In this document: piece by piece, positions 52,436 to 64,000 of the stretch
Position numbering within the stretch: the stretch's first letter is position 1
Layout of the letters: the number at the start of each line of letters is the position of its first letter
Assembly (NCBI GenBank): GCA_951406725.2
Contig: OX597821.1
Span: 43,586,001 to 43,650,000 of the forward strand
Length of the DNA: 64,000 bases
Direction of reading: 5' to 3'
From: Octopus vulgaris
Taxonomy: Eukaryota
Position numbers and translations under genes: made by a program
The notes under the pieces: model-generated
Seen by the model: the letters and a program-made list of their open reading frames with translations, nothing else
Told to the model about the DNA's origin: nothing
Database searches by the model: none

Positions 52436-53267
52436 CAGAGTGCAGTGAATATACTGTTGTCTAAATTACACAAAAATGAAAATAACACCGACATCTCATT
52501 TTAGCAGATATATTTACCAAAGTTACATCAAAATATCTTGAAATAAAGAATAAATTTATTCAATAAAATCGCCATTGGCTTCTATCATGGCCTCCAGATG
52601 ACTTTGGAATCTCCTGCAACTCTTCTAAACGGTGTCCTTGGTTAAGTTGGTGATGGTGTTACAAGGAGTTTTGTTGGTCTCTTGCTCAACTGCAACCCAT
52701 ACATAATAATCAAGGGGGTTGCAGTCTGGGGAGTTAGGTGGCCAGAGGTTAGGAGTGATGTGGTTGCAGAAATTGTCTCACTGCCATGACTGGGTTCTTC
52801 TGCTTGTATGGCATGGTGAAGAGTCCTTTTGCCAGACATAAGTCTTCCAGCAACACCCTCTCTTGACCCAGGGCAGCACTATCTCCTCCAGGCACTTGAT
52901 GTAGGCCTCTGTGTTGAGTCTAAGGCTCAAGATGAATAGAGGCATTATGTCACCATCACTAGTGATCACTCCAAACACCATGATGTTGATTGGATGTTTG
53001 ATTTTTATCACTCTCAGTACATCTCCTCAGATTGCACTGTCCTCAAATTGACACCCAAACACTCTGAAATGTTCGTATTGGAGCTCTGGCACAAATGCAT
53101 GTCATTTCCAAATTTCTGGCTGAGGGAATTGCATCATGGTGCTGTTTTTCTCATAGACAGTGCCCAACTGACCCTAATATACTGTGTAGTCAACAAATCA
53201 AAAATAAACAATACGCAAGCATAAAATTAAATATATAAGATGGCTACAATTTACCCATCGCACCTTG
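52436..53267 (-). mobile_element. DD37D/maT-type relic
   Basis: KHPINIMVFGVITSDGDIMP..WQKDSSPCH, with both termini as at 2295-2842. Confidence 0.85.
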
Positions 53268-53305
<38 letters not shown>

Positions 53306-54029
53306 CACACACACACATACACATTATATATATGCATACATATACATATATATATATATACACATACATATATATATATATGTCTATGTGTAAATATGAA
53401 AATATACTTATGTATGTGTGTGTATATATATGTGTATGTATGTACGTGTGAATGTGTGTATGTTTATTGTTTCTTGTCTTGACATTCTGTGATATTGTGT
53501 GATAGTTGTAAAATAATTGTTACTGTTATACAAGCATTGTCATTCATTTCCAATATTCTACAAAAACCTTTCTGGTCATGGGGAAATATTATCTCTTAGA
53601 AAGGGGTGAGGGTTGCCAACAGGAAGGGCATCTGGTTATTAAGAATCTGCCTCAATAAACTCTGTACAGCTGATGCAAGCATGGTAAAGTGAACTTTAAA
53701 ATGATGATGATGATGATGATGATGTGTGAGGTGCCATATTTTTCAATGCTTGTATGAGCTAGCAGAATGATCAGAGGAATTCCTTCATTCATCTGTTTAA
53801 CATTACAGAATCTGGAAGTTTAGACTAGTTTAGGGATCATTGAAACCTTTCATTTATTATTTCATCACAATAATTAAATACCTTTTTTGTCATTTCAAGG
53901 TCGATGAAATAAAGTACTGGAGCAGACAGTATCAACTAATCCCATCCTTAACCCAAATTTCAGGCCTTTTGCCTATGCTAGAATCACTTATCATTAATAA
54001 TAGTAATAATAACAGGTGCTTTGTTTATC

Positions 54030-55552
54030 CTCCTTAAACAACAATTATTCAGGGACCTTTTGAGTGGGATGGGTTATTTGACCTGAAGAAAATTCTGATT
54101 CCCACCTGCAAGGACATGCATTATTCATTCATCTTGATATGAGGACACCTTGCTGTGCACATATATCAGGTCATCCCATAAGTTCTGTCCAATTTTACCT
54201 TTTTTTAAAATTGAATGAAATTTAATAGTATTTTAGAATGTCTAATGGAATTAGAAATTATTCTTATGCATTTGTGTACATTTAAACTAATTAAATATTA
54301 TTTTACAGAATAATAGAATTAAATTTCTTTGATTAAAACCCTTTCTAACGTGGAAGTATCCAAAGAGCATTTGAGGCTTTATGAGTACAAAAAAGGAAAC
54401 TCTGCAGCCGAAACGACTTGAAACATACACTCAGTTTATGGGAAAGAATGTTTGAATGAAAGATGGTTTGCAGTAGATGGTTTGCAAAATTCTGAAGTGG
54501 AGCTTTCAGCTTTGAAGATGAAGTTCGAACAGGACGTCCATTTGAGTTTGATGATAAGCTCCTTGAGGCATTACTTGATGAAAATCCTGCATTATCAGTT
54601 GAAGAATTGGCAATAAAGCTTAATTCAAACAATACAACTGTTCATCATCATCTTCAACAACTTGCAAAGGTTCCTAAACTTGGAAAATGGGTGCCCCATG
54701 AATTGTCCGAAAGCAAACACAAATCCCGAGTTGACATCTGCCCTTCTCTCCATTCTTGCGAACTCATTTCACCCTTTTTGGATAGAATTGTGACTGGCGA
54801 TGAAAAATGGATCTTCTATCAAAATTTTAGACATCATAAACAGTAGCTTGGTAAAAGGGAAAAAGCTCAACCACAACTGAGAAGGGAACTTCATGGAAAA
54901 AAGGTTCTTCTTTGTATCTAGTGGGATTGCAAAGGAGTAATTCACTTTGAATTGTTACCACCTAATGCAACAATCAATGCTCAAGTCTACTGTCAGCAAT
55001 TAGAGCATTTGAACCAAGCTTTGAAGAAAAATGACCTGCTTTAGTGAATCGAAAAGGAGTGATGTTTCATCCAGACAATGCGTGACCCTACACTGCAAAG
55101 ATCACATCACAGAAGATCGAAGAGCTTGGTTGGGAAAAAATTCCTCATCCCCCTTATTCTCCCGACCTTGCTCCTTCAGACTACCATTTGTTTCATAGTT
55201 TACAGAATCATCTGGGAGACATAACTTTCACAAGCCAGGAGGAGGTCGAAACTGACATTCCAGAGTTCTTCACTTTGACACCAAAAGAGCTTTACATTGA
55301 TGGGATTAAAAAGCTTGTAAACAGATGGAAGGAAGTCATAGATAATCAGGGAAAGTACACTGATGATTAAATTTCAATTAAATATAACATTTGATCACTT
55401 GTTTTCTTTATTCAAAATTCGGACAGAACTTATGGGATGACCTGATAGTTGTGATTCATGCGCCTGGCATACTATTTTCAGATAGATAGTCATGATGGGT
55501 ATATTGGTCTTCAGTGTCACTTTGATGGTGACACTGCTCTTTCACTCAATAA
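54030..55552 (+). mobile_element. (TAA)n-tailed repeat interrupted by a mariner
   Basis: The halves 54030-54165 and 55446-55552 rejoin at cacata|gttgtgat; a (TAA)n tail follows. Confidence 0.7.
54166..55445 (+). mobile_element. Full-length decayed mariner (DD34D), 1280 bp
   Basis: TA|tcaggtcatcccataagttctgtcc..ggacagaacttatgggatgacctga|TA. Motifs WVPHEL, VTGDEKW and PYSPDLAPSDYHLF, with stops. Confidence 0.92.
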
Positions 55553-55619
55553 TAATAATAATGACAATAACAATGATAATAATAACAATTATTATTATAA
55601 TAACAATTGTTATTATTAT

Positions 55620-56117
55620 TGAGTGAGAGAGCAGAGCATACCAGCAAAATGACACTCGGGTATAAATATATGAAGCCTAATACACCCATCATGATTACCT
55701 GTCAGGTACAGGCATCGCAACTAAATGTGCAGACATAGTTATCTCATATCAAAATAAACAGTCCATGACCTTGTAGGAGGGGGCCCTGATAGAATTTTTT
55801 TATGGTTGAGTAGCCCATCTAGCTCAAAAGGTCCCTGAATAAAGGTTGTTTGAGAATGTTGAATGAAACACCTATGTTTCTAGGGGTGAATTGTTCAAAC
55901 CCCAAAGAATTCCTCTATAGTTCTCCCCCACTACTTCTGTTCATGATCAGAGATGCACATATCGCCAGCCACTAAGGGACATACTTAACTGGTTAGGATC
56001 AAGCAAAATATTTTCTGTAACCTATCTTTTATACCAAAACAAAACATATGTATTATAACACTTCCAATCAATTAAGATAAGAAGCCATGAGAGCCAGTGT
56101 TTGGTATTGTACCAGGA

Positions 56118-56163
<46 letters not shown>

Positions 56164-56166
56164 TTT

Positions 56167-56228
<62 letters not shown>

Positions 56229-56372
56229 CATTATTATTATTATTATTATTGAGTGTGAGAGCAGAGCATGCCATCAAAGTGACACCAGGGCAAAATATAC
56301 GGAAGTCCGGTATACCCATCATGACTACTCATCTGATAAGAATACACCAGGCACATGCATCACAACCATAAG
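55620..56372 (-). mobile_element. Two minus-strand copies of the (TAA)n-tailed repeat (55620-56118 and 56249-56372)
   Basis: Each starts right after (TTA)n with gagtg(a/t)gagagcag; homologous to 25862-26338. Confidence 0.7.
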
Positions 56373-56552
56373 TGTGCTAATCATCATCATCATCATCATC
56401 ATCATCATTATTATTAAGATGGTGAGTGTATGTGTTTTGTTTATACATCCATTTGCTGTGAGTTTTGATAAAATGATGGCAACGGAGGTTTCAATAAGAT
56501 GACTGTAAACTCACAATTTAGCAATAAATATTGCTTACAATACAATTATAAT

Positions 56553-57186
56553 TTAAAGGGTGTAGGGAATGGAGAAGGTAAATATGTGGCACATATGTTT
56601 CCAAGCCAATCTAAATATGTTTTAATTAACTCAAAATGTAACACATATATGTGCACAACTCAGCTTGTCTTCAGGGTGAATTACTTGTATTTGTAAGTCA
56701 TTGTTGCAAAGAGAGATGAGAAGAATCCATTAATCTAGGCCACAGCAGAATGGTAGGTGGAAACAGATAAGTCAAATAAAATTCATTATTAGTAGGCAAA
56801 CAACATTTGAGGTGAAAGGGTGTGTTTAAAGAAGCCAGTTTATTAAAGGAGAAAGAATATAGACATTGGGGTAAGATGGGTGGAGAGAATAAAGGAGGTA
56901 AGTTCTATCATTAATTAGGCAATTAAGTTGGAATCAGGTCACCAGATTGACAGATAAAAAGAATAAAACAAAAAATATAATTTTTCGTTTCATTCTTTTA
57001 ACCTATTTCTCCTTGTGACAATGGCTTATGACTGAAGACAAAAATATGTGTGTGTATGTGTGTGTATGTGTGTGTATGTGTGTGTGTGTGTTTGTGTTAC
57101 ACCTTTGAGTTATATAAAACATGTCCTGATTGGCTTGGAAACATATGTAGTATGGATTTACCTTCAACATTCACTATACCCTTTAA
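56553..57186. repeat. Inverted repeat with ~93-bp diverged arms (56553-56645 and 57093-57186)
   Basis: Shared core catatgtttccaagccaatc/gattggcttggaaacatatg. The ORF track shows HMFPSQS on both strands. Confidence 0.8.
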
Positions 57187-57205
57187 TTTATATATATATA
57201 TATAT

Positions 57206-57627
57206 CTTGGCTTGGCTTCGCTGACAAAGATTAGGAAGGCTGTTGTCCATGTCATCTGCATGCTCATTTGTGGCATATCTTTCAGCCTGCATGATGGAAT
57301 TTTAAGGTAAAGTGCAGTCTGCACAGAACTGGGCCCCACCCTTTACACCCAGAGTGCATCTGCCATTGCCCAGCAAGCTGGGTGTTGTAGGTTGTACTCC
57401 TAGACAGACTGCCCATCATGGCTAATGAGCCCCATCCACTCAGAGCAGCCTAGTTATACTATGCCAGGCACCCACAGTCGTCCTCTCTTGTTGGTTTAGA
57501 TACAGGTAGTACTATGAGGAGGTCGAAGTAGGACTTGGGGTTTGCGTCCCTCTTTGGAAGTTTTAGCCCAGCATGGTGCTCAGCCAACCAGTGTCCAGTG
57601 ACTATGTGGACCCCCTTTACCCACCCA
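57206..57627 (-). mobile_element. Possible bipartite non-autonomous RTE (5'UTR joined to 3' tail)
   Basis: Minus strand ends in gcgaagccaagccaag (RTE-type tail) and contains an RTE 5'UTR-like block ggatggggctcattagcc..ctaggag. Confidence 0.45.
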
Positions 57628-57649
57628 TATATATATAGATATGCAAAGC

Positions 57650-58232
57650 ACAGTGTGTTGCTCGATGATTCAAAGGTACTTTTTAAATGGGTTGGTTATG
57701 TGACACTGGTATAGGCTATGGCTGTGATCTCACTTCACTTGCTGGGTCTTTTCAATCACAGCATATCTCCAGAGGTCTCAGTCTCTTGTCATTGCCTCTG
57801 TGAGGCCCAATGTTTAAAGGTTGTGCTTCATTGCCTCATCCCATGTCTTCCTGGGTCTCCCTCTTCCAAGGGGTTTTTCCACTGTTAAGGAGTGACACTT
57901 CTTCACACAGCTCTCCTTATCCATACGTAACACATGACCATACCAGTGCAGTTCTCTCCCTTGCACACCATATCTGATGCTTCTTCTGTCCAATATTTCT
58001 CTCAGGGCGCTTATACTCTATTGTGTGTGCACACTGACATTACACATCCAGTGGATCATACTAGCTTCATTTCTTTCAAGCCTACATATGTCCTCAACAG
58101 TCATGGCTCATGTTTTACTGCTGTGTAGCATGGCTGTTCACACACATGCATCATACAGTCTACCTTTCACTATGAGCGAGAGGCCCTTTGTCACCCATAA
58201 AGGTGGGAGCTTTCTGAACTTTGCCCAGGCTA
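57650..58232 (-). mobile_element. RTE LINE fragment, same family as 19211-21110
   Basis: Colinear with ~19650-20185. Confidence 0.85.
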
Positions 58233-58568
58233 GTACTTTTCTAGTACCTTATAATAAAGACTGATTTCTAGATAACCCATGATTAGGTTAGCAAAGGAAT
58301 GGGTCATTCTTGTACCCATTGCAAAGTAGTTATTCTCCAAGATGAATTTTAGCCCTTCTATTACAAATTCTTTTTGATGCGATTGGCATAATTCTCTGGC
58401 CAGAATTGAATTGCCTCTATTCCTAGACTGTGAGGGATATTAGAATAGAGGTTGACTACATTGAAGGATACTAGTAGGGTGTTTTTGTTTATTGTTTTAG
58501 GGAGGTGATTGAGCATGTCCAAGTCGTCCCTTACGTAGCTTTTGATATGCTTGAGGAATGGTTTTAAG

Positions 58569-58604
<36 letters not shown>

Positions 58605-58608
<4 letters not shown>

Positions 58609-58794
58609 GGAAAGTTTACGAAAAAAACAAAAAACGAAGACAGGTGGTGTACAAAACAAACAGGTGTATTAGTATAACGCTCAGGAATAGAAAAAGTCTT
58701 TTACGTTTCGAGCCTATTCTCTTCTACAGAAAGGTACACAGAAAAAAAAGGAGAGAAAAAAATGTGTGTAGTGGCTAACGATCTATCATGGCGT

Positions 58795-58796
<2 letters not shown>
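58605..58796 (-). mobile_element. Short HHR element in (TA)n, HHR at 58698-58733
   Basis: Minus strand CTTT-CTGTAGA-a-GAG-aatagg-CTC-GAAACGTA-AAAG; architecture as at 2933-3146. Confidence 0.7.
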
Positions 58797-58865
<69 letters not shown>

Positions 58866-58883
58866 TCATCATCATCATCATCG

Positions 58884-59031
58884 TTTAACGTCCGTTCTCC
58901 ATGCTAGCATGGGTTGGACGGTTCGACCGGGGATCTGGGAAGCCAGAAGGCTGCACCAGGCTACAGTCTTATCTGGCAATGTTTCTACAGCTGGATGCCC
59001 TTCCTAACACCAACCACTCCATGAGTGTAGC
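58884..59031 (-). mobile_element. RTE-derived 3'-end repeat
   Basis: Homologous to 11731-11875, with (CAT)n on the left. Confidence 0.8.
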
Positions 59032-59033
59032 TT

Positions 59034-59117
<84 letters not shown>

Positions 59118-60004
59118 ATATATATATATATACATTTGCATATTCATTAACATGTCTAGGTTGGATCAGATGCAAAATATGCAAGTTGCTGGAATGTACA
59201 TACACACACCTCCACCCCCATCTGTGTGTGTGTATACATTGTAGCTGTCAACTCATAGATGATTATGACTGTCACTGACAATTTATCTTATCCTAGATGT
59301 TTAAGACAATGGCCGTCAGCAATGTCTGTGTTGAAATTTAAAGTCAATAATAGCTGGCACAGCACCACTAAGGCTTTCACCTTCAAGCCAAGTAGTCCAG
59401 AAACAAGCAGGAGCAAGATCTCCAGCTTTGCCATGAAATGGGTATTATTTCAGAATTTCCTTCTACTAGGCTGATGTCTAAACAAAACCTAGGAGGTCAA
59501 CTTGTTATCAATATTTATACAAATAAGTTTAGTTTTATATTTATATAATGTATCCTTCATATTTATATTATATTTGTATAATATACCCTTTATACAATGA
59601 ATCCCTTGTAAAAGTACCCTTTATATAATGTGCCTTGTATATAACATTGCTTTTATGTTGTATTTATATAAAGTAAGCTTCATGTAATGTACACATTATA
59701 TTATATGTGCACATTATATTGTAATGTACACATTATATTGTATTATATAATGTGCCCATTATATGATATGCCCTTATATAATGCTCCCATTATCTAGGAC
59801 CAGATACTAGCTTCCTTTTTATTCCCATGATTGATAAGAGAGATATAAATCAATTTTATGTTTGCTTGGCTCAAAATCGTACCAATAGATATAAGAACAT
59901 TGACACACTTAGAAAATGGGGAACAGTTTTAAAATGTTAAAGTTTTGAAGGTTGTGAGCAATTACATATTATATATATATAGTGATCCCTCATGGCAATA
60001 TTTT

Positions 60005-61330
60005 GAATGATGTAATCAACAGAAAAGTGCTTCTCTATTCCTGGACTACCAAGAATACCAAATGACACTATAGTCACTATTATTTCTGCATACTCAATGT
60101 TACAATGCAAAAGAGAGTTATAAGAAGACAAACTCTTCAATATCTAGACACACTCTCTTTTACAGTATCTAATACACATGGTGAAAGCCTACTACTACAG
60201 CAACTACCAGCAGATGTAATTAATATTTCTTATAACCATGTAACTTGTACTTTGGGTAACTTAGAACCTGTAAGCTGATCTTACCAGTTCTAAGCAACTA
60301 AAAGTATTAATAACTTCACAATGGAAACAAATATTCATCTTCATCTTTTACACACAAACCTTCTGTTTATTGTCGTGTTGTCTTTGTGAAAGGTTTCCTT
60401 GTGAGCCTCACTGATATCATCTAAATTATTCTCTGCTATATATTTATATTTGCATGGAAAAAAAAATCAAGAGTTGAACCAGGCTCTAGTGTTTGTTCTG
60501 GCAAGGTTTCTATGGCTGGAAGCCTTTCTTAATGCCAACCAATCCACAGAGTGTACTGGATACTTTTTATGTGGCACCAGCACCAGTGCTTTTAACATAG
60601 CACTAGCACAAGTGCCATTTGTTTAATAATGAAAAAGTCATTTTACTAAATTTTTCATTATCTTTAAAATGAATTGGAATGAGAGTGATGTATTTTAACA
60701 AAAATATGGTGATGAAGAGGTTAACCATCCTGGGTGTAATTCATGCTGACTTTCTGGCAATGATTATCAACAATCCTGCTACCCACATAGACAAAAGAAA
60801 AATGAGTATTTCTTTCTGTGTAAACAAAGGAAAAATGAATATTTCTGTGTCTTCACTCTGCTAACAAATTACAACATCTTGAATTGCTCCTCCTTCACCT
60901 ACATCTTACATTCTTGCAGAGTTTATATGGGTAAGGAGCTGTATAACATTTATAATGTCTTGTTTTGTTTGTAATGGAAGTGTAAAAGACAAATGTGAAT
61001 ATTTGTTTCCTTTGTGAAGTTATAAGTACTTTTAGTTGCTTAGAACATGTAAGATCAGCTTACAGGTTCTAAGTAACCAAAACTACAAGTTACATGGTTA
61101 TAAGAAATATCAATTACATCTGCTGGCAGTCACAATAGTGATGGGTTTTCATCATGAAAATCAGATACTGTAAAAGAGAGTGTGTCTGGATATTGAAGAG
61201 CTTGTCTTCCTTTACCTTTCTTTTGCATTGTAACATTGAGCATGCAGAAATAATAGTGGCTATAGTGTCATTTGGTACTCTTGGTAGTCAAGGAATAGTG
61301 AAGGACTCCACTGTTGGTTACCGTCATTTG
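60005..61330. repeat. Large inverted repeat with ~345-bp arms (60005-60353 and 60980-61330)
   Basis: The arms align in reverse complement. The ORF track gives LLHCNIE.AEIIV.IVSFG.LGS on opposite strands. Confidence 0.9.
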
Positions 61331-61906
61331 AATTAGCTTTTCAATAGAAAAATATATTGTGTGTATGTGTGTGTGCACGTGTGTGTGCCTGTGCATGTGT
61401 GTGTGAGTGTGTGCCTGTGCATGTATGTATATATGCATATATGTATATACTTATATACTTGTAAATGTTAAGTGTGAAAATGTATATCTCTCTGAATTTG
61501 TCCATATGTTTAACAGAAAATCTAGGTCAGTGAATTTTTTCTTGGTCAATCGCACTTCCCTATCACAAGCTGACAACTGAACCCAGTGGAGATGTATCCA
61601 TATTTAGCCTTGTTTTCTATCGTTAAATAGATATTTATCTTTTAAAGTAATAATATCTACAACCACTTTATACTTAGAATCTAAGACATTACTATTTAAT
61701 TACCTTTGCTAGTACTTTTTTCTCCAAATTTTTTATTATGTTAGTCAGGAAAAACTACAGAAGCACATTGTGAAATAATCTCTGTTGATGTGAAAGTATT
61801 ATATGTACACCTTGCCAAGATTATATAATTTGATCACATAATCTTCACTGGAACAGGTATAAGAATGACATAAATAAATAATTTTGGAACCAACTCAGTT
61901 TTGTTA

Positions 61907-61997
<91 letters not shown>

Positions 61998-62027
61998 AAT
62001 CCATGAATTATGATTATTATTATTACA

Positions 62028-62660
62028 AGGCAGTGAGCTGGCAGAGTTGTTAGCATGCTGGATGAAATGCTTAGCGGTATTTCATTTGCAGCTACGTTCT
62101 GAGTTCAAATTCCGCCGAGGTCAACTTTGCTTTTCATCCTTTCGGGGTCAATTAAATAAGTATCAGTTACACACTGGGGTCAATATAATCGACTTAATCC
62201 GTTTGCCTGTCCTTGTTTGTCCCCCCTGTGTGTAGCTCCTTGTGGGCAGTAAAGAAATAGGTATTTCATCTGCAGCTACGTTCTGAGTTCAAATTCTGCT
62301 GAGGTCAGCTTTGCCTTTCATCCTTTTGGGGTCAATAAATTGAGTACCAGTTGCATATTAGGATTGATCTAATCGACTGGCCCTCCCCACACCAAATTTC
62401 AGGCTTTGAGTCTATAGTAGAAAAGATTATTATTATTATTATTACAAGGCAGCAAGTTGGCAGAACCATTAGCATGCTGGGTGAAATGCTTAGCAACAGT
62501 TTGTCTGTCTTAATGCTCTGAGTTCAAATTTCACCAAGGTCAAGTTTGCCTTTCATCCTTTTGGGGTCCATAAAGTAAGTACCAGTTGAATGCTAGGGTC
62601 GGTATAATCGACTTATCCCCTCCCCCCAAATTGCTGGCCTTGTGCGAAAATCTGAAATCA
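62028..62660 (+). mobile_element. Cluster of SINE family B copies (one partial dimer plus one monomer)
   Basis: The gttcaaattc..gcctttcatccttt.ggggtc block occurs three times. Confidence 0.85.
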
Positions 62661-63076
62661 TTATTATGATTATTACTATATTTATCCTAGATTATATCAG
62701 CACAGCTCACTACAATCCCATAAAACTGTTATTGCAAGTTAATATCATTAGGCCGTAGCTGACATAATAAAACTGGAGCTTTTATATGCATACTCAAAAA
62801 CGTTTCCAGTAAATGAACTTAAGGGATGTATGTATGTATGTATGTATGTATGTATGTATGTATGTATGTATGTATGTATGTATGTATGTATGTATGCATG
62901 CATGCATGCATGCATACATGAATGCATGTATGTATGTATGTATGTATGTATGTATGTATGTATGCATGCATGCATGCATGCATACATGAATGCATGTATG
63001 CATGTATGTATGTATGTATGTATGTATGTATGTATGTATGTATGCATGTATGTATGCAGATATGTATGAATCTATA

Positions 63077-63776
63077 CAGGTGTGCTGTGAATGAATTGTC
63101 ATCTAAATAATGCAAAAATGAAAATAACACTGACATCTCATTTTAACAGATCTATTTACCAAAATTACATAGAAATATCTTGAAATACTAAAGAGTAAAT
63201 TTATTCAATAAAATCACTATTGGCTTCAACCTCAGCCTCCAGACAACTTTGGAATCTCCTGCAAGTCTTCTGGATGGTCTCCTTGTTTAAGTTAGTCAAT
63301 GCTGTCATAATCGTTGCCTTCAGTTCATTTTTGGAGTTTCAAGGAGTTTGCTGATCTCATGCTCAACTGCACCCTACACATAATAATCAGGGGAGTGGGG
63401 TTACAGTTTGGGGAGTTAGATGGCCATGTGTTAGGGGTGGTGTAGTTGCAGAAATTGTCTGACTTCCATAACAGGGTTCTCTTGCTTGTGTGGCATGGTG
63501 CAATATCCTGTTGCCAGACATAGGGTCTTCCTGCAGCTACCCTCTTGACCCAGAGCAGTACTACTTCCTCCAGGCACTTAATGTAGGCTTCCACGTTGTG
63601 TCTAAGGCTGAGTGGGAAGATGAATGGAGACATAACATTGTCATCACAAGTAATCACTCCAAACACCATGATGTTGACTGGTTGTTTGATTTTTATCATT
63701 TTCGGTACATGTTTTGGTGATATGGCAAACCAAAGGTTGTTCTGTGTGTTCACCATCTGATCCTGGCAGAAATCTT
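63077..63776 (-). mobile_element. DD37D/maT-type relic with catalytic region
   Basis: ORF 63325-63756: NIMVFGVIT..YVWQQDIAPCH..WPSNSPNCNP. Confidence 0.85.
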
Positions 63777-64000
63777 CCTTGTGATAAGGTCTAGTGACAC
63801 AGTCTTTTCTAAATCTCCGTCTGCGCCGATAGCTTGCTATAAAACTTCAGTGATTCATTGAGTTGAAGTCTTTGGTTCTAGACCTTCTAAGGTCTAACCA
63901 CTGACCACAGAGCACACAGCCAGTTCCAGCGACAGACAACACCAGCAGCTCACATGGAGACTCAACTTCGTCAAGCAGCATCAGGACCTCCATCTCTGTC

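Overview
This is an AT-rich, repeat-dominated animal genomic window, probably intronic or intergenic. The SINE families, microsatellite load and transposon mix resemble an octopus/cephalopod genome; that is an inference from recalled repeat families, not a database result. No intact protein-coding gene is visible, and most ORF-track entries are translated microsatellites. Three weak candidate host exons lie on the + strand. Decayed transposons include Tc1, DD34D mariner, DD37D maT, hAT-type MITEs, a Ty3/Gypsy relic, RTE, CR1-like, Tx1/L1-like and R4/Dong-like LINEs, Penelope-like (PLE) RT/GIY-YIG relics and two abundant SINE families. The strongest signal the ORF track does not explain is a dense set (about a dozen) of short non-coding elements from several unrelated families. 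Each carries a type I hammerhead ribozyme (HHR) motif, CUGANGA..GAAA..UH, usually with a palindromic stem III. Most sit in (TA)n tracts, and many are arranged as inverted repeats or partial tandems (PLE pLTR or retrozyme-like). Highlights: a 355-bp partial tandem with a near-intact GUC HHR, a four-hairpin motif conserved downstream of the HHR in two diverged families, and core variants (G3:C8 swap, A6U). Ribozyme calls come from manual folding and none has been tested.
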